A stretch of 64,000 nucleotides of DNA from an uncultured virus (IMG/VR IMGVR_UViG_3300030104_006454) (Duplodnaviria; Heunggongvirae; Uroviricota; Caudoviricetes; Crassvirales), in the IMG/VR virus record IMGVR_UViG_3300030104_006454, positions 1 through 64,000 of that record; one strand, written 5' to 3'. Positions within the stretch are counted from its first letter, which is position 1. Every line of letters starts with the position of its first letter. This document shows, piece by piece, positions 51,305 through 60,256 of this stretch. A program made the position numbers and the translations under genes. A model generated the notes under the pieces. It was not told the DNA's origin. It ran no database searches and was given only the letters and a program-made list of their open reading frames with translations.

Positions 51305-51863
51305 ATTTAATTGTAATAAATTTTGATAGTAGTCTATATAATTTTTGTCCATCTACAATAAACTCATATTCTGAACTTGGTCTAAATCCTATTAAGTCAC
51401 CTTCATTAACCGTACCGTCTGTGTACTTAACAACACCCATCAAAGGCTGTTCTTTATCAGTATTTAATTTATTTATAGATTTTATTGGTGTTACAAAACA
51501 ATAACCTTTCATTGCCTGCCACTTTCTACTGTGATAACTAAATATAGCTTTTGGTTTATGTAAAAATATTTGATCTGGCTGCACTAAATAACTATCTTCA
51601 TCAATATAAGCTCTACTGTTTTTTTCTATACCGTATTGGTTGTGCCATCTTCTAAAAACATTATGATGTACAATTACAGTATCACCAACTTTTATTTCTG
51701 TTTCACCTACAGTTGGTATTGCTTTTACTATAGCTTCTCTGCTAACGTATTGATGATTAAATATTTCAGTATTAACTATAAGTTCTTTGCCGTCTATTTT
51801 TTTTGTATTGTTGTATCTTGATTTTACAGGCGTTACAACAAAGTTGTAAACCGCTTTCATCAA
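51249..51863 (-). CDS. GroES-like tandem-domain protein
   Basis: Two GroES-like units (FVVTP...IKVGDTVIVHH and YCFVTP...VNEGDLIGF...EFIVDGQKLY). Confidence 0.55.
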   Translation of the reverse strand: MMKAVYNFVVTPVKSRYNNTKKIDGKELIVNTEIFNHQYVSREAIVKAIPTVGETEIKVGDTVIVHHNVFRRWHNQYGIEKNSRAYIDEDSYLVQPDQIFLHKPKAIFSYHSRKWQAMKGYCFVTPIKSINKLNTDKEQPLMGVVKYTDGTVNEGDLIGFRPSSEYEFIVDGQKLYRLLSKFITIKYEYQGNEEEYNPGWAQSS

Positions 51864-52081
51864 TACTGTAAGTTATATTCTACAGATACAGCCATATTTT
51901 TATTAAAGTCTTTCCAAGGTAATACGTCTTTATCTTTTTTAATATATACGCTGTACTTGTCGTCTTCTTCTAATATATCGCAGATAGTATGACCACCATA
52001 CACCTCTTGCCCAACGGCATAGTGCATGGCATCATTTTTATAGTCTTTGCCTATAGATATTTTACGAATTAGCTTCGACAT
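51860..52081 (-). CDS. hypothetical protein
   Basis: 73-aa ORF coupled to its neighbours. Confidence 0.65.
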   Translation of the reverse strand: MSKLIRKISIGKDYKNDAMHYAVGQEVYGGHTICDILEEDDKYSVYIKKDKDVLPWKDFNKNMAVSVEYNLQY

Positions 52082-52334
52082 CGTAGTTTATTTCTCCTGT
52101 TTGTATGTTAATATTTACTTTACCATACTCTTTTTCTAGTGCAACTTGTTCTTCTTGTAAAGACTCTTGAAGTTGACTAACTTGATGACATAACATATGT
52201 TTTCTAGATTCCATTCTACCTAGTTCCATTTGCATATTGTTAATAGGTGAAATTATATCTTGAATAGCTTTTAGTTGCTCATCAGTAATATTTGTAGGTT
52301 TAAGGTCTACTACCTTTTCTTTCTTTTTTGCCAT
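52062..52334 (-). CDS. coiled-coil hypothetical protein
   Basis: Heptad pattern ending in EKEYGKVNINIQTGEI. Confidence 0.65.
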   Translation of the reverse strand: MAKKKEKVVDLKPTNITDEQLKAIQDIISPINNMQMELGRMESRKHMLCHQVSQLQESLQEEQVALEKEYGKVNINIQTGEINYDVEANS

Positions 52335-52364
52335 TTTATTTAATTTAAGTTAATTTAATTTGTT

Positions 52365-52745
52365 TTATTTTCCTATATAAGCTATCATAGCTCCCGCACC
52401 TCCACTTTTAATTTCAGCACTAGTCCATCTTCCATAAATTGTTAAACCTGCTGGAAAAGTATTGCTACCATCTACTATAACACCACCACCACCACTAATA
52501 GCAGTTTCAGATCCTACAGAAACGTTGTGAGCAGCAACATCTGTACCAATATGCTCATAATCAGCGTCAGAAGTATCACCCGTTAAACCACCAGCGTTAG
52601 TTCCAAGTGTTTCGAGTTGAGTGTTTGCTACGAAAGTTATAGCTATAAAAACCTTATTTGTCGGAGGAGTTATTCTTCCATCTGCAGAGTCTGCAAAAAC
52701 AGATCCCATAACCCCTAATTCGTTTCTACCTGGTATATATCCCAT
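52365..52745 (-). CDS. putative minor structural protein
   Basis: G/A/T-rich, with FPAGLTIYGRWT. Confidence 0.55.
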   Translation of the reverse strand: MGYIPGRNELGVMGSVFADSADGRITPPTNKVFIAITFVANTQLETLGTNAGGLTGDTSDADYEHIGTDVAAHNVSVGSETAISGGGGVIVDGSNTFPAGLTIYGRWTSAEIKSGGAGAMIAYIGK

Positions 52746-52749
52746 AATT

Positions 52750-53136
52750 TTATTTTTTTACTTTTTCTAGTGATCTACCGCCAAAATAAGCACCGATCAC
52801 AGTTATTAATACTAATTGCAAAAGATCTACATACGAGTCTTTTACATTGAATTTTAAAAAGCCAGCGTCTATAAATATTAATAACATTGTACATATTACT
52901 AAAAATATTAACACTAGCGGTCTTATATTTTTACTTAGCCATGAGTCTGAGTTCATGTCTAACTTCCACCTTTCAGTTACTTGTTTTTGCATCTCAGCTT
53001 CGTAACCCATTATCATATCTTTTATTTTAGCTTCTGCGGCTAGTTTTTCTTCTTTAGTTGTAGTTAAGTTATCTAACACTCCACCTACATTTTTAACTAA
53101 CTCACTAGCTCCTGCTGAAAATATTTTACTTAACAT
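52750..53136 (-). CDS. holin-like protein (GTA-type 3TM holin family)
   Basis: LTTTKEEKL...ERWKLDMNSDSWLSKNIRP followed by two TMs and AYFGGRSLEK. Confidence 0.75.
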   Translation of the reverse strand: MLSKIFSAGASELVKNVGGVLDNLTTTKEEKLAAEAKIKDMIMGYEAEMQKQVTERWKLDMNSDSWLSKNIRPLVLIFLVICTMLLIFIDAGFLKFNVKDSYVDLLQLVLITVIGAYFGGRSLEKVKK

Positions 53137-53154
53137 TTGTATTTGTTTTTATTT

Positions 53155-53574
53155 TTAAATAGCTCCGTAGTTTGCATCTTTTTCCCAAGGAAAATTTCCA
53201 CCAGCTTCAGTCCATTTACCATCTACTTTAATCATATCTTTACCGTTTCTAGTTTCCCTAGGATATGTTACGCCATCGTATTTTACAAAGTTGTCACCAT
53301 ATTCTAGTTTGCCAGTACGCATTTGTGTAGCGTGTACCATTTCGTGGTTTACAACTTGTCTTTCTTCAAAACTACCTGGTTGTATTTTATTACTTATGTA
53401 TATACTACCGTCCATATTAGCCTCACCCATAATACCTTCGCTTAATGGTTTTCTAATAACAGGTGTTCCAGGTACTGATGCATCACTACCAGCCTCTTGA
53501 TGAAATCGCATTTTTTTACGTACTTCACCACCAACAGCATAATTACCTTTTTCTGATCCTAATTTAAATCCCAT
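53155..53574 (-). CDS. zincin-like metallopeptidase
   Basis: VVNHEMVHATQM (HExxH) with a distal PWEKDA third-ligand motif. Confidence 0.65.
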   Translation of the reverse strand: MGFKLGSEKGNYAVGGEVRKKMRFHQEAGSDASVPGTPVIRKPLSEGIMGEANMDGSIYISNKIQPGSFEERQVVNHEMVHATQMRTGKLEYGDNFVKYDGVTYPRETRNGKDMIKVDGKWTEAGGNFPWEKDANYGAI

Positions 53575-53696
53575 TATTTTTTACCAGGTTTATAACAACT
53601 ACCTTTAGCACCTTTTTTAGTACCCGGCTTTCTTACATAACCAGCTTTTGTCCAGCACCTTAATGGTGTTTTCATTTTAAATGGCCCTTTTTTCAT
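53574..53696 (-). CDS. 40-aa basic peptide (MKKGPFKMKTPLRCWTKAGYVRKPGTKKGAKGSCYKPGKK), not in the ORF track
   Basis: Translated by hand; TAATG coupling on both sides. Confidence 0.65.
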   Translation of the reverse strand: MKKGPFKMKTPLRCWTKAGYVRKPGTKKGAKGSCYKPGKK

Positions 53697-53869
53697 TATT
53701 GAGAATCTTTTAAATCTTTTTCACTAGGTGCACCTTTACTACCAGGTTTTCTCATTTTTTCACCAGAACCAGCTTTTATTCTTTTTCTTTTTGCATGAAT
53801 ATTATCCCATAAACCTCTTTTGCCTTTTAAAGGTGATTTCATTTTAAATGGTCCTTGTTTTGATTTCAT
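53696..53869 (-). CDS. 57-aa basic peptide (MKSKQGPFKMKSPLKGKRGLWDNIHAKRKRIKAGSGEKMRKPGSKGAPSEKDLKDSQ), not in the ORF track
   Basis: Translated by hand; TAATG coupling on both sides. GLWDNIHAKRKR...KPGSKGAP is a motif recurrent in marine phage small proteins. Confidence 0.7.
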   Translation of the reverse strand: MKSKQGPFKMKSPLKGKRGLWDNIHAKRKRIKAGSGEKMRKPGSKGAPSEKDLKDSQ

Positions 53870-54177
53870 TATTTTTTCTTCATTTTAGTTACAGATTTCT
53901 TTTTCATTGCCATAGCTGATTTCTTCTTCATTGTCATAGCTGATTTCTTTTTCATTGCCATAGCTGATTTTTTCTTCATTTTAACTGCAGCATCTTTTTG
54001 AGCTTTTGTTTTATATGTTTTACCTGCGTAAGTAAAAGATCCTTCACCAGCGTTAGCCGCTTTTTTTGCTGCGTATGTAAAATTTTTAGCAGGTGATTTT
54101 TTCTTCATAGTCATTGCAGATTTTTTCTTCATAGTCATTGCAGACTTTTTTTTCATTTTAGCTGGTGCTTTTTTCAT
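53869..54177 (-). CDS. Lys/Met-rich histone-like repeat protein (copy A)
   Basis: MKKKSAM(T/A) octapeptide repeats encoded by 24-bp DNA repeats. Confidence 0.7.
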   Translation of the reverse strand: MKKAPAKMKKKSAMTMKKKSAMTMKKKSPAKNFTYAAKKAANAGEGSFTYAGKTYKTKAQKDAAVKMKKKSAMAMKKKSAMTMKKKSAMAMKKKSVTKMKKK

Positions 54178-54179
54178 TG

Positions 54180-54710
54180 TTATTTTCTTGTATTATTGTA
54201 CATTAATTTACCTAATTCATCGCCTTCTTTACTATCTGACAAATAGTGGGCATGAGCGACTCTCCTACTATATGAAATATTTTTACCTGTTTGTAAAAAC
54301 GCAGATTTTGCTTTTGGATATTTATCTGCTAACAATAACGCTATGCCTGTGCCTTGAACAGAATGTCCTGAAGGATATGATGGTGTTTGCATAGACTTTA
54401 AAATTATTGCATCTAACTTTTTATCTAACTCGTAAGGTCTTTTTCTATTATGATGTTTTTTTAAATCCAATATTATTGGGGCTGATTTTTCTATAAAATT
54501 AGCAGCAATACTTTTATCATAATCTTTTACATTATTATCTTTAGCTGTTTTGGAAAAAGCAGATTCTATGTTGTCAAACTTTTTTACAAAAGATTTGTTT
54601 AAAGGTATTTTTCTAAGTTCATTTAACTCTGTGTGAGTTGTATAACTACCGTCACTTGGTGGTTTGTTTTTTTTAAATGCGCTTATATCAGCTTCTTTTA
54701 ACATTTCCAT
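54180..54710 (-). CDS. PAP2-superfamily phosphatase/haloperoxidase-like protein (copy A)
   Basis: KKHHNRKRP, PSYPSGHS and SRRVAHAHYLSD match KX6RP / PSGH / SRX5HX3D. Confidence 0.85.
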   Translation of the reverse strand: MEMLKEADISAFKKNKPPSDGSYTTHTELNELRKIPLNKSFVKKFDNIESAFSKTAKDNNVKDYDKSIAANFIEKSAPIILDLKKHHNRKRPYELDKKLDAIILKSMQTPSYPSGHSVQGTGIALLLADKYPKAKSAFLQTGKNISYSRRVAHAHYLSDSKEGDELGKLMYNNTRK

Positions 54711-55033
54711 TTTCTTCTAGCTATATCATTTGGACAATCGCCATTTTTATCTGGATTTTTACATTTTTTAATACCAGCAGATCTAGCACAATAACTTTTT
54801 TTACGTGGACCTCCACCTGGTTGAGGTGGTCTTACTTTTTTACCAGGGTTTTCTCTATTGTATTTGTCTCTATCTTTTTGTGTCCAACTAGTATGTGGTT
54901 TTACTCTATCAAAAAGAGGTGAACCTGTGTTTCTTCTACGTCCACAACTAGTAATAGGATAAGGATGGTTCATACTTAAAGTAAAACCTTCCGCTTTTGG
55001 AAACATATTATTTTGTCTTTTTGATCCAGGCAT
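54698..55033 (-). CDS. small basic protein (DUF6321-like)
   Basis: PQPGGGPRKKSYCARSAG...ARRKWKC. Confidence 0.6.
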   Translation of the reverse strand: MPGSKRQNNMFPKAEGFTLSMNHPYPITSCGRRRNTGSPLFDRVKPHTSWTQKDRDKYNRENPGKKVRPPQPGGGPRKKSYCARSAGIKKCKNPDKNGDCPNDIARRKWKC

Positions 55034-55474
55034 TTATCTATTTTTATCTTTAATCATATCATCTATAGCTTTGTTATAAACTTTATCTGTATATGATTTG
55101 TTATTATAGAATATGCTACGCTCTGATGTAGGCATGTCTTCTTCGCCTAATAATATACGGTATATTCTATTTATTAATTGTTTACATCTATATGATGTTT
55201 TGTATACACTATACTTAATAGTAGTGCGATTTCTATGTCTCCAAACATCTATCCAACCATCTTGTCTAAGCCTGTCCCACCTGGCTTTGTCCCAAGAAAA
55301 TGTGTATACTCCGTCCATGAAATCTTTTCGTGTGAATCTTCCTTCACAATCTAAATAAAATAAAAGTTCTAAGTCTGCGTCTAAAATACCGTAAGTCTTA
55401 CAAGCCCACTTTCTAGTGAGCCTGTAATACTTAAGTATATTCATATCACGCAAATCTTGCGCGGATAATCTCAA
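55034..55474 (-). CDS. putative winged-helix DNA-binding protein
   Basis: DADLELLFYLDCEGRFTRKDF...WDRLRQDGWIDVW fits a MarR/wHTH-like pattern. Confidence 0.5.
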   Translation of the reverse strand: MRLSAQDLRDMNILKYYRLTRKWACKTYGILDADLELLFYLDCEGRFTRKDFMDGVYTFSWDKARWDRLRQDGWIDVWRHRNRTTIKYSVYKTSYRCKQLINRIYRILLGEEDMPTSERSIFYNNKSYTDKVYNKAIDDMIKDKNR

Positions 55475-55480
55475 TTGCTA

Positions 55481-56176
55481 TTAGTAACTAGCAACTTTAG
55501 CATCTACAAGATCTGTTATTCCTAAACCAGGAGCACAGTACTTGCCTTCCATTAAGTCAATAACTACTTGAACCTTGTGATCTTTATCAGCATTAATACA
55601 ATCGTTGATACCAGCCATTAAAGCTGTAAACTTACCGTCAGCGTGAGTTACTGTAAAAGTATCATCATTATCAGTACCTTTTAAAGCGTTGAAATGAAGA
55701 ACTGTAGTAGTTCCATTTGTTGCAGAACCTCCAATAAATCTATCAGCAGGGTACACAGAAGCTTGCTCTAAACCAAAGTGATTTGTAGCGAAGTTTACAG
55801 TTACAATATCACCAGCTGCTAAAGTATAACCGTTAGCAGTGTCAATATTAGCACCAGAACCAGAACCACTTGCTGGTTCAATTCTTAACTTACTATCTGT
55901 AATATCAACAGCATCTCCCAGGTCTAAAGTTGTAACAGTGCCAGCACTAACAGCACTGTAATTACTACCAATGTTAGAGTTAGAGCCTGCCGATGTAACA
56001 GTTACAGAAACAAATTCAGTATCGCTATCAATATCATCACTACCTACACCAGTTATAGTCATAAATGATGTAGCTGAACCTTGATCTATATTTGCCCAGT
56101 TACTTACGTTTGTACTAGTTATAGTAAATGATTGTGATAAAGGTCTTTCTTTTCTAAAATATAATAAATTCGCCAT
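55481..56176 (-). CDS. putative structural protein (paralog family B, with N-terminal insert)
   Basis: LLYF...ASVYPADRFIG...THADGKF. Confidence 0.6.
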   Translation of the reverse strand: MANLLYFRKERPLSQSFTITSTNVSNWANIDQGSATSFMTITGVGSDDIDSDTEFVSVTVTSAGSNSNIGSNYSAVSAGTVTTLDLGDAVDITDSKLRIEPASGSGSGANIDTANGYTLAAGDIVTVNFATNHFGLEQASVYPADRFIGGSATNGTTTVLHFNALKGTDNDDTFTVTHADGKFTALMAGINDCINADKDHKVQVVIDLMEGKYCAPGLGITDLVDAKVASY

Positions 56177-56535
56177 TAGTCTTGAGTTGTTATAGTTAAT
56201 GCAGTAACACCAGATAAACCTGTTGCTGATATTGCACCTTCGTTAGCTGGTAGATTAGTGTTTAAATCTACAACAACTGTGAAGTTATTCGTGTTATTTC
56301 TTGATCCGCTCATTAAAGAAGCTAGTTCATCAGCTAATTCCTTGAACTTACCAGCACCGTGAGTAATTAAGCATCCATCTCCTACAGTTTCAGTACCATC
56401 TTTTGGCATGAAAAATATTTCAGAAGTAGTGTTTGTTAAAGGCACCATTCCTAAAAAGTGACTAGCAGGATATAAAGCCGCATCTCCGGAAGCATCGTTT
56501 TGCCCATCATTGGCAAAGTATAAATAGTTTTCCAT
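56176..56535 (-). CDS. putative structural protein (paralog family B)
   Basis: YLYF...AALYPASHFLG...THGAGKF. Confidence 0.6.
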   Translation of the reverse strand: MENYLYFANDGQNDASGDAALYPASHFLGMVPLTNTTSEIFFMPKDGTETVGDGCLITHGAGKFKELADELASLMSGSRNNTNNFTVVVDLNTNLPANEGAISATGLSGVTALTITTQD

Positions 56536-56547
56536 TTTTTAATTATT

Positions 56548-56883
56548 TTAAGAGACAGCCGTTACTTCGGTGATGTCTGGGTGAATAAATTTACCGGTTA
56601 ACGTGTTTGCAACAACAACGTGTTTACCAGCTTTGTTTGGTCTCATAGCGTTTGCTAGTGCTTGACATACTCTTTTAAATCCTAAACCATCATTATCATT
56701 GATAGCTAGAACTACTTTGTCAGCGTCTGACGTCCCTTCACTTACTTGGAAGAAAACCTCAACGTCTGTACCGTCAGTAGTGTCAACACCTAAAAACCTA
56801 TGTGCAGGAACAACAATAGCATTAGAAGCGTCATCGACAAATTCTAGCATAGTGCTGTTACCTTTTTTTAAATCTGTTTTCAT
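56548..56883 (-). CDS. putative structural protein (paralog family B)
   Basis: MLEF...AIVVPAHRFLG. Confidence 0.6.
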   Translation of the reverse strand: MKTDLKKGNSTMLEFVDDASNAIVVPAHRFLGVDTTDGTDVEVFFQVSEGTSDADKVVLAINDNDGLGFKRVCQALANAMRPNKAGKHVVVANTLTGKFIHPDITEVTAVS

Positions 56884-56945
56884 GTTTTTTACTTTAAATT
56901 AATAATTTGTTTTTGTTTTTTAGTTTAAGGTTTTGGGTTTGGGGT

Positions 56946-57206
56946 TTAGGCATCAATTAATACCACATCGCCTGAGCGAATAACGTGGTATAATGTTTCT
57001 TTGTACTGAACTCCGTGTCCAGCATGTTTATCATAATAAACAACATCTTTGTCGCTTATTCCTTCTACAAGGTTACCAGTTGATATTACGTTAGCCTTTA
57101 TATACCTATTGTCCGCATCAACGTCTTCAGTTAATATAAGTCCACCAACTTTCTTTGGCCCTTGTTTTATTTTTTGTACTATTATATAATTATTGACTGC
57201 TTGCAT
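56946..57206 (-). CDS. groES: co-chaperonin GroES
   Basis: KKVGGLILT mobile loop, VISTG and DVVYYDKHAG; overlaps the groEL end. Confidence 0.85.
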   Translation of the reverse strand: MQAVNNYIIVQKIKQGPKKVGGLILTEDVDADNRYIKANVISTGNLVEGISDKDVVYYDKHAGHGVQYKETLYHVIRSGDVVLIDA

Positions 57207-58758
57207 CGCCTCTCATGTTTGAAATTATACAATCAGCGGATATAATAGTAGTTACAACACTTACCGCATTTTTAAGTGCTGACTTAGTAACAAGTACTGG
57301 ATCTATAATACCGTGTTTAATCATTTCATATGTATTTCCATTTGTTACATCTATTCCCTTACCGTTTGTAGGTTCTACCGCTTCAATTATACCAGCATTA
57401 TCTAATATAGTTTGGTAAGGTGCTTTTATAGCATTAAGTAGTATTTCTTCACCCCATCCATTTGGCTTTATTTCTTGAGCAGCATTTAACAGTGCAATAC
57501 CACCGCCTGGCACTATGCCTTCTTTTAAAGCAGCTTTAGTAGCATATATTGCATCTTCAACTCTGTCTTTCTTTTCTTTAAGCTCTACCTTAGACGCTGC
57601 ACCTACACGCACCATACCTACTTTACCTGACAACATTGCAAGACGATCTTGTATTTTTTTCTTTAAAAACGGGTTTTTTTCGTTTTTTATAGCTTTTTTA
57701 ACATTTTCTATGCGTTCTGTAAGATCTTCGCTAATGTCTATAGTAGTAATTACAGTATTTTTGTCATTTGTAACAGCTTTATCAGCTTTTCCAAGGCAAT
57801 CAACAGTAATTAAGTCCATATCATCACCTAATTCTTCATTTATTACCGTAGCTCCGGTTAAAAATGCTAAATCTTGAACTGTATCTTGCTTAGTTGGGCC
57901 AAAACCTGGTAGATCTACAATGTTTACCTTAATATTACCCTTAACTTTGTTCATCATAAGGGCTGATTTTAGTTGAGTATCAACATGTGCAACAATAAGT
58001 AACTCTTTTTTGTTCTTTATAACATGTTCTAGTATCGGTTGTATTTTACGTATGTTAGGTATTTCACTACCTACAATCAAAACTAGCGGTTCTTCAAGTA
58101 CACACTCGTGTTTATCAGTATCTGTAACAAAATGTGGTGATGTTAAACCACAGTCAAACTGCACACCGTCAACAATATCAACGTAAGTTTCTTCAGTTCC
58201 AGAACCTTCCATGAAAACTACACCATCTTTACCTACTTTATTGTATGCATCAGCAATAATCATGCCTAAAGTTCGATCATTATTGCAGCTTATACTGCTA
58301 ATGTCCTCAAGCATGCTGCCTTCAACGTCTATAGCTATATTTGTAAGGTATGTATTTACTTTTTCAAGTGCTGAGCTTATACCTTGTTTAATAAATCTAG
58401 TAGAAAGTTCTGCATACTGCTCTTTTTGTACTTCTTTTATCAGTGCTTCAGCAAGGACAGTAGCTGTAGTAGTACCGTCACCTGCTTCTTTCACTGTGTT
58501 TTTAGCAGCTTCTTTAATAAGTGTAGCGCCGAGGTTTTCAACCGGGTCATATAAGACTACGGATTCTGCTACCGTTACACCATCTTTTGTTATGACCGGG
58601 TTGCCTCTAGCATCTTCGTATATTACACACTTACCAGATGCTCCTAGAGTAGACTTCACTGCTTTTGCTAATTTGTCTACACCCGTAATTATTTTACTTT
58701 TAGCTTTTTCACCAAAGTTTAGCTCTTTGATAAGTTCGCTGGGTTGGTTATATTCCAT
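57190..58758 (-). CDS. groEL: chaperonin GroEL (phage-encoded, no GGM tail)
   Basis: STLGASG, ITKDGVTVA, AGDGTTTATVLA, GIVPGGG and GIIDPVLVT. Confidence 0.95.
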   Translation of the reverse strand: MEYNQPSELIKELNFGEKAKSKIITGVDKLAKAVKSTLGASGKCVIYEDARGNPVITKDGVTVAESVVLYDPVENLGATLIKEAAKNTVKEAGDGTTTATVLAEALIKEVQKEQYAELSTRFIKQGISSALEKVNTYLTNIAIDVEGSMLEDISSISCNNDRTLGMIIADAYNKVGKDGVVFMEGSGTEETYVDIVDGVQFDCGLTSPHFVTDTDKHECVLEEPLVLIVGSEIPNIRKIQPILEHVIKNKKELLIVAHVDTQLKSALMMNKVKGNIKVNIVDLPGFGPTKQDTVQDLAFLTGATVINEELGDDMDLITVDCLGKADKAVTNDKNTVITTIDISEDLTERIENVKKAIKNEKNPFLKKKIQDRLAMLSGKVGMVRVGAASKVELKEKKDRVEDAIYATKAALKEGIVPGGGIALLNAAQEIKPNGWGEEILLNAIKAPYQTILDNAGIIEAVEPTNGKGIDVTNGNTYEMIKHGIIDPVLVTKSALKNAVSVVTTIISADCIISNMRGDASSQ

Positions 58759-58784
58759 TTAATTAAATTTAATTTGATTGTATA

Positions 58785-59078
58785 CTATTTGAATGTTTTG
58801 ATTACCTTAGGACCTTTAGTTGCTTCTAGCTTTTTAGCAAAGTGATCGATGCTTCCATCAATTGCAGCTTCAGCTCCTTCTACAGTTTCACGCCTAGTAA
58901 CATCTGTCCACTCGTTATCTGTATCTGGGTTTAAACATTCAGTTTGGAAAAATCCATTAGGCAGTTGGGTTATCCTCCAATTAGCTTTATTAGCTAAATG
59001 GTTCCACTGTTTAATTTCTTTTTCACTTGGTTTTTGGTTGCTAGTATATGTACTAGTCTTGTAATATAAGTATGTCAT
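58785..59078 (-). CDS. hypothetical protein
   Basis: 97-aa ORF upstream of groEL. Confidence 0.7.
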   Translation of the reverse strand: MTYLYYKTSTYTSNQKPSEKEIKQWNHLANKANWRITQLPNGFFQTECLNPDTDNEWTDVTRRETVEGAEAAIDGSIDHFAKKLEATKGPKVIKTFK

Positions 59079-59117
59079 TGGTTTTATTTTGGTTAATACT
59101 TGGTATAGGGTGTTTCC

Positions 59118-59381
59118 CTATTTCTTTTTCTTCATCTTTGCAGCTGATTTCATTTTCATTTGCATAGCTGAAGCTTTTTTCATCATAGCAACTGATTTTT
59201 TCATCATTGCCATAGATTCTTTTTTCATTTTCATAGCTGATTTTTTCATTGCAGCAGGTGATTTGTCAACAATAGCTTTAAACTTAGGATTATTATCTAG
59301 CTTGCCAGCTTTAGAAGCTGCTTTTAAACCTTTATTTAATTTAGCTGGAGTTTTTTTCATTTTAGCAGGTGCTTTTTTCAT
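59118..59381 (-). CDS. Lys/Met-rich histone-like repeat protein (copy B)
   Basis: Same MKKAPAKMKK start as copy A, with MKKSAMxM repeats. Confidence 0.7.
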   Translation of the reverse strand: MKKAPAKMKKTPAKLNKGLKAASKAGKLDNNPKFKAIVDKSPAAMKKSAMKMKKESMAMMKKSVAMMKKASAMQMKMKSAAKMKKKK

Positions 59382-59382
59382 T

Positions 59383-59913
59383 TTACGTTTTATTTTTAAT
59401 ATGTTTATACATTGAGTTACCTAATTGTTCGCCCATCTTACTGTCTGACTTATAGTGAGCACGGGCAACTCTACGACTATAAGATATGTTTTCTCCTGTT
59501 TTAGCAAAAGCTGATTTTGCTTTAAGATATTTATCACCTAACACCTTTGCTATTAATATACCTTGAACAGAATGTCCAGAAGGATATGATGGCGTCTTCA
59601 TTGAAGCCATTTCGTAGTTAGGTAAATTTTTATCTAAATCTTTAGGTCTTGGTCTATTGTGATACTTCTTTAGTTTTAGTATTACAGGTGCAGACTCTTT
59701 TATTAACTTTGCTGCAACACTTTTATCGTAATTTTTTATATTATTATCTTTTGCGGTTTTTGCAAACGCAGATTCTATATTGTCAAACTTCTTTACAAAG
59801 TCTTTTTTTAAAGGTATTTTTTTAAGCTCGTTTATTTCTGTACGAGTAGTGTAACCACTATTAGCTGGTGGCTTCATTTTTTTAAACGGTCCTATGTCAA
59901 AATCTTTAAACAT
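59383..59913 (-). CDS. PAP2-superfamily phosphatase/haloperoxidase-like protein (copy B)
   Basis: KKYHNRPRP, PSYPSGHS and SRRVARAHYKSD; same length (176 aa) as copy A and clearly paralogous to it. Confidence 0.85.
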   Translation of the reverse strand: MFKDFDIGPFKKMKPPANSGYTTRTEINELKKIPLKKDFVKKFDNIESAFAKTAKDNNIKNYDKSVAAKLIKESAPVILKLKKYHNRPRPKDLDKNLPNYEMASMKTPSYPSGHSVQGILIAKVLGDKYLKAKSAFAKTGENISYSRRVARAHYKSDSKMGEQLGNSMYKHIKNKT

Positions 59914-60245
59914 TATCTTGGACCTACACCAGGTGCTTTAAAAAAGTTTTTAATAGATTCCATGTAATTACTAGCAGTCTCAAAAACAGGTTTCATACCA
60001 AACATAGATCTAGTTCTATTACTTTGTTCTGGGCTCATGCCAAAAGGTTTTGAAAGCCTCTCTCTTTGTTTTTCGTATTCTGCTCTTTTTTGGTCTAAAC
60101 TCTTTGTTAACTCTTTATCGTCATGCTTAACTGGAGATTCATCACCAAACCCACTAAAACCTTTCATTAGAAATGGCCCTTTACCTTTTGGCACAAACTT
60201 GCCTCCAATCTTATTATACATAGTTTTTTTTGACCTTTTTTTCAT
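59913..60245 (-). CDS. basic hypothetical protein
   Basis: Contains GPFLMKGFSGFGDESPVK, a motif similar to neighbouring small basic proteins. Confidence 0.6.
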   Translation of the reverse strand: MKKRSKKTMYNKIGGKFVPKGKGPFLMKGFSGFGDESPVKHDDKELTKSLDQKRAEYEKQRERLSKPFGMSPEQSNRTRSMFGMKPVFETASNYMESIKNFFKAPGVGPR

Positions 60246-60256
60246 GTCTTTTATTT

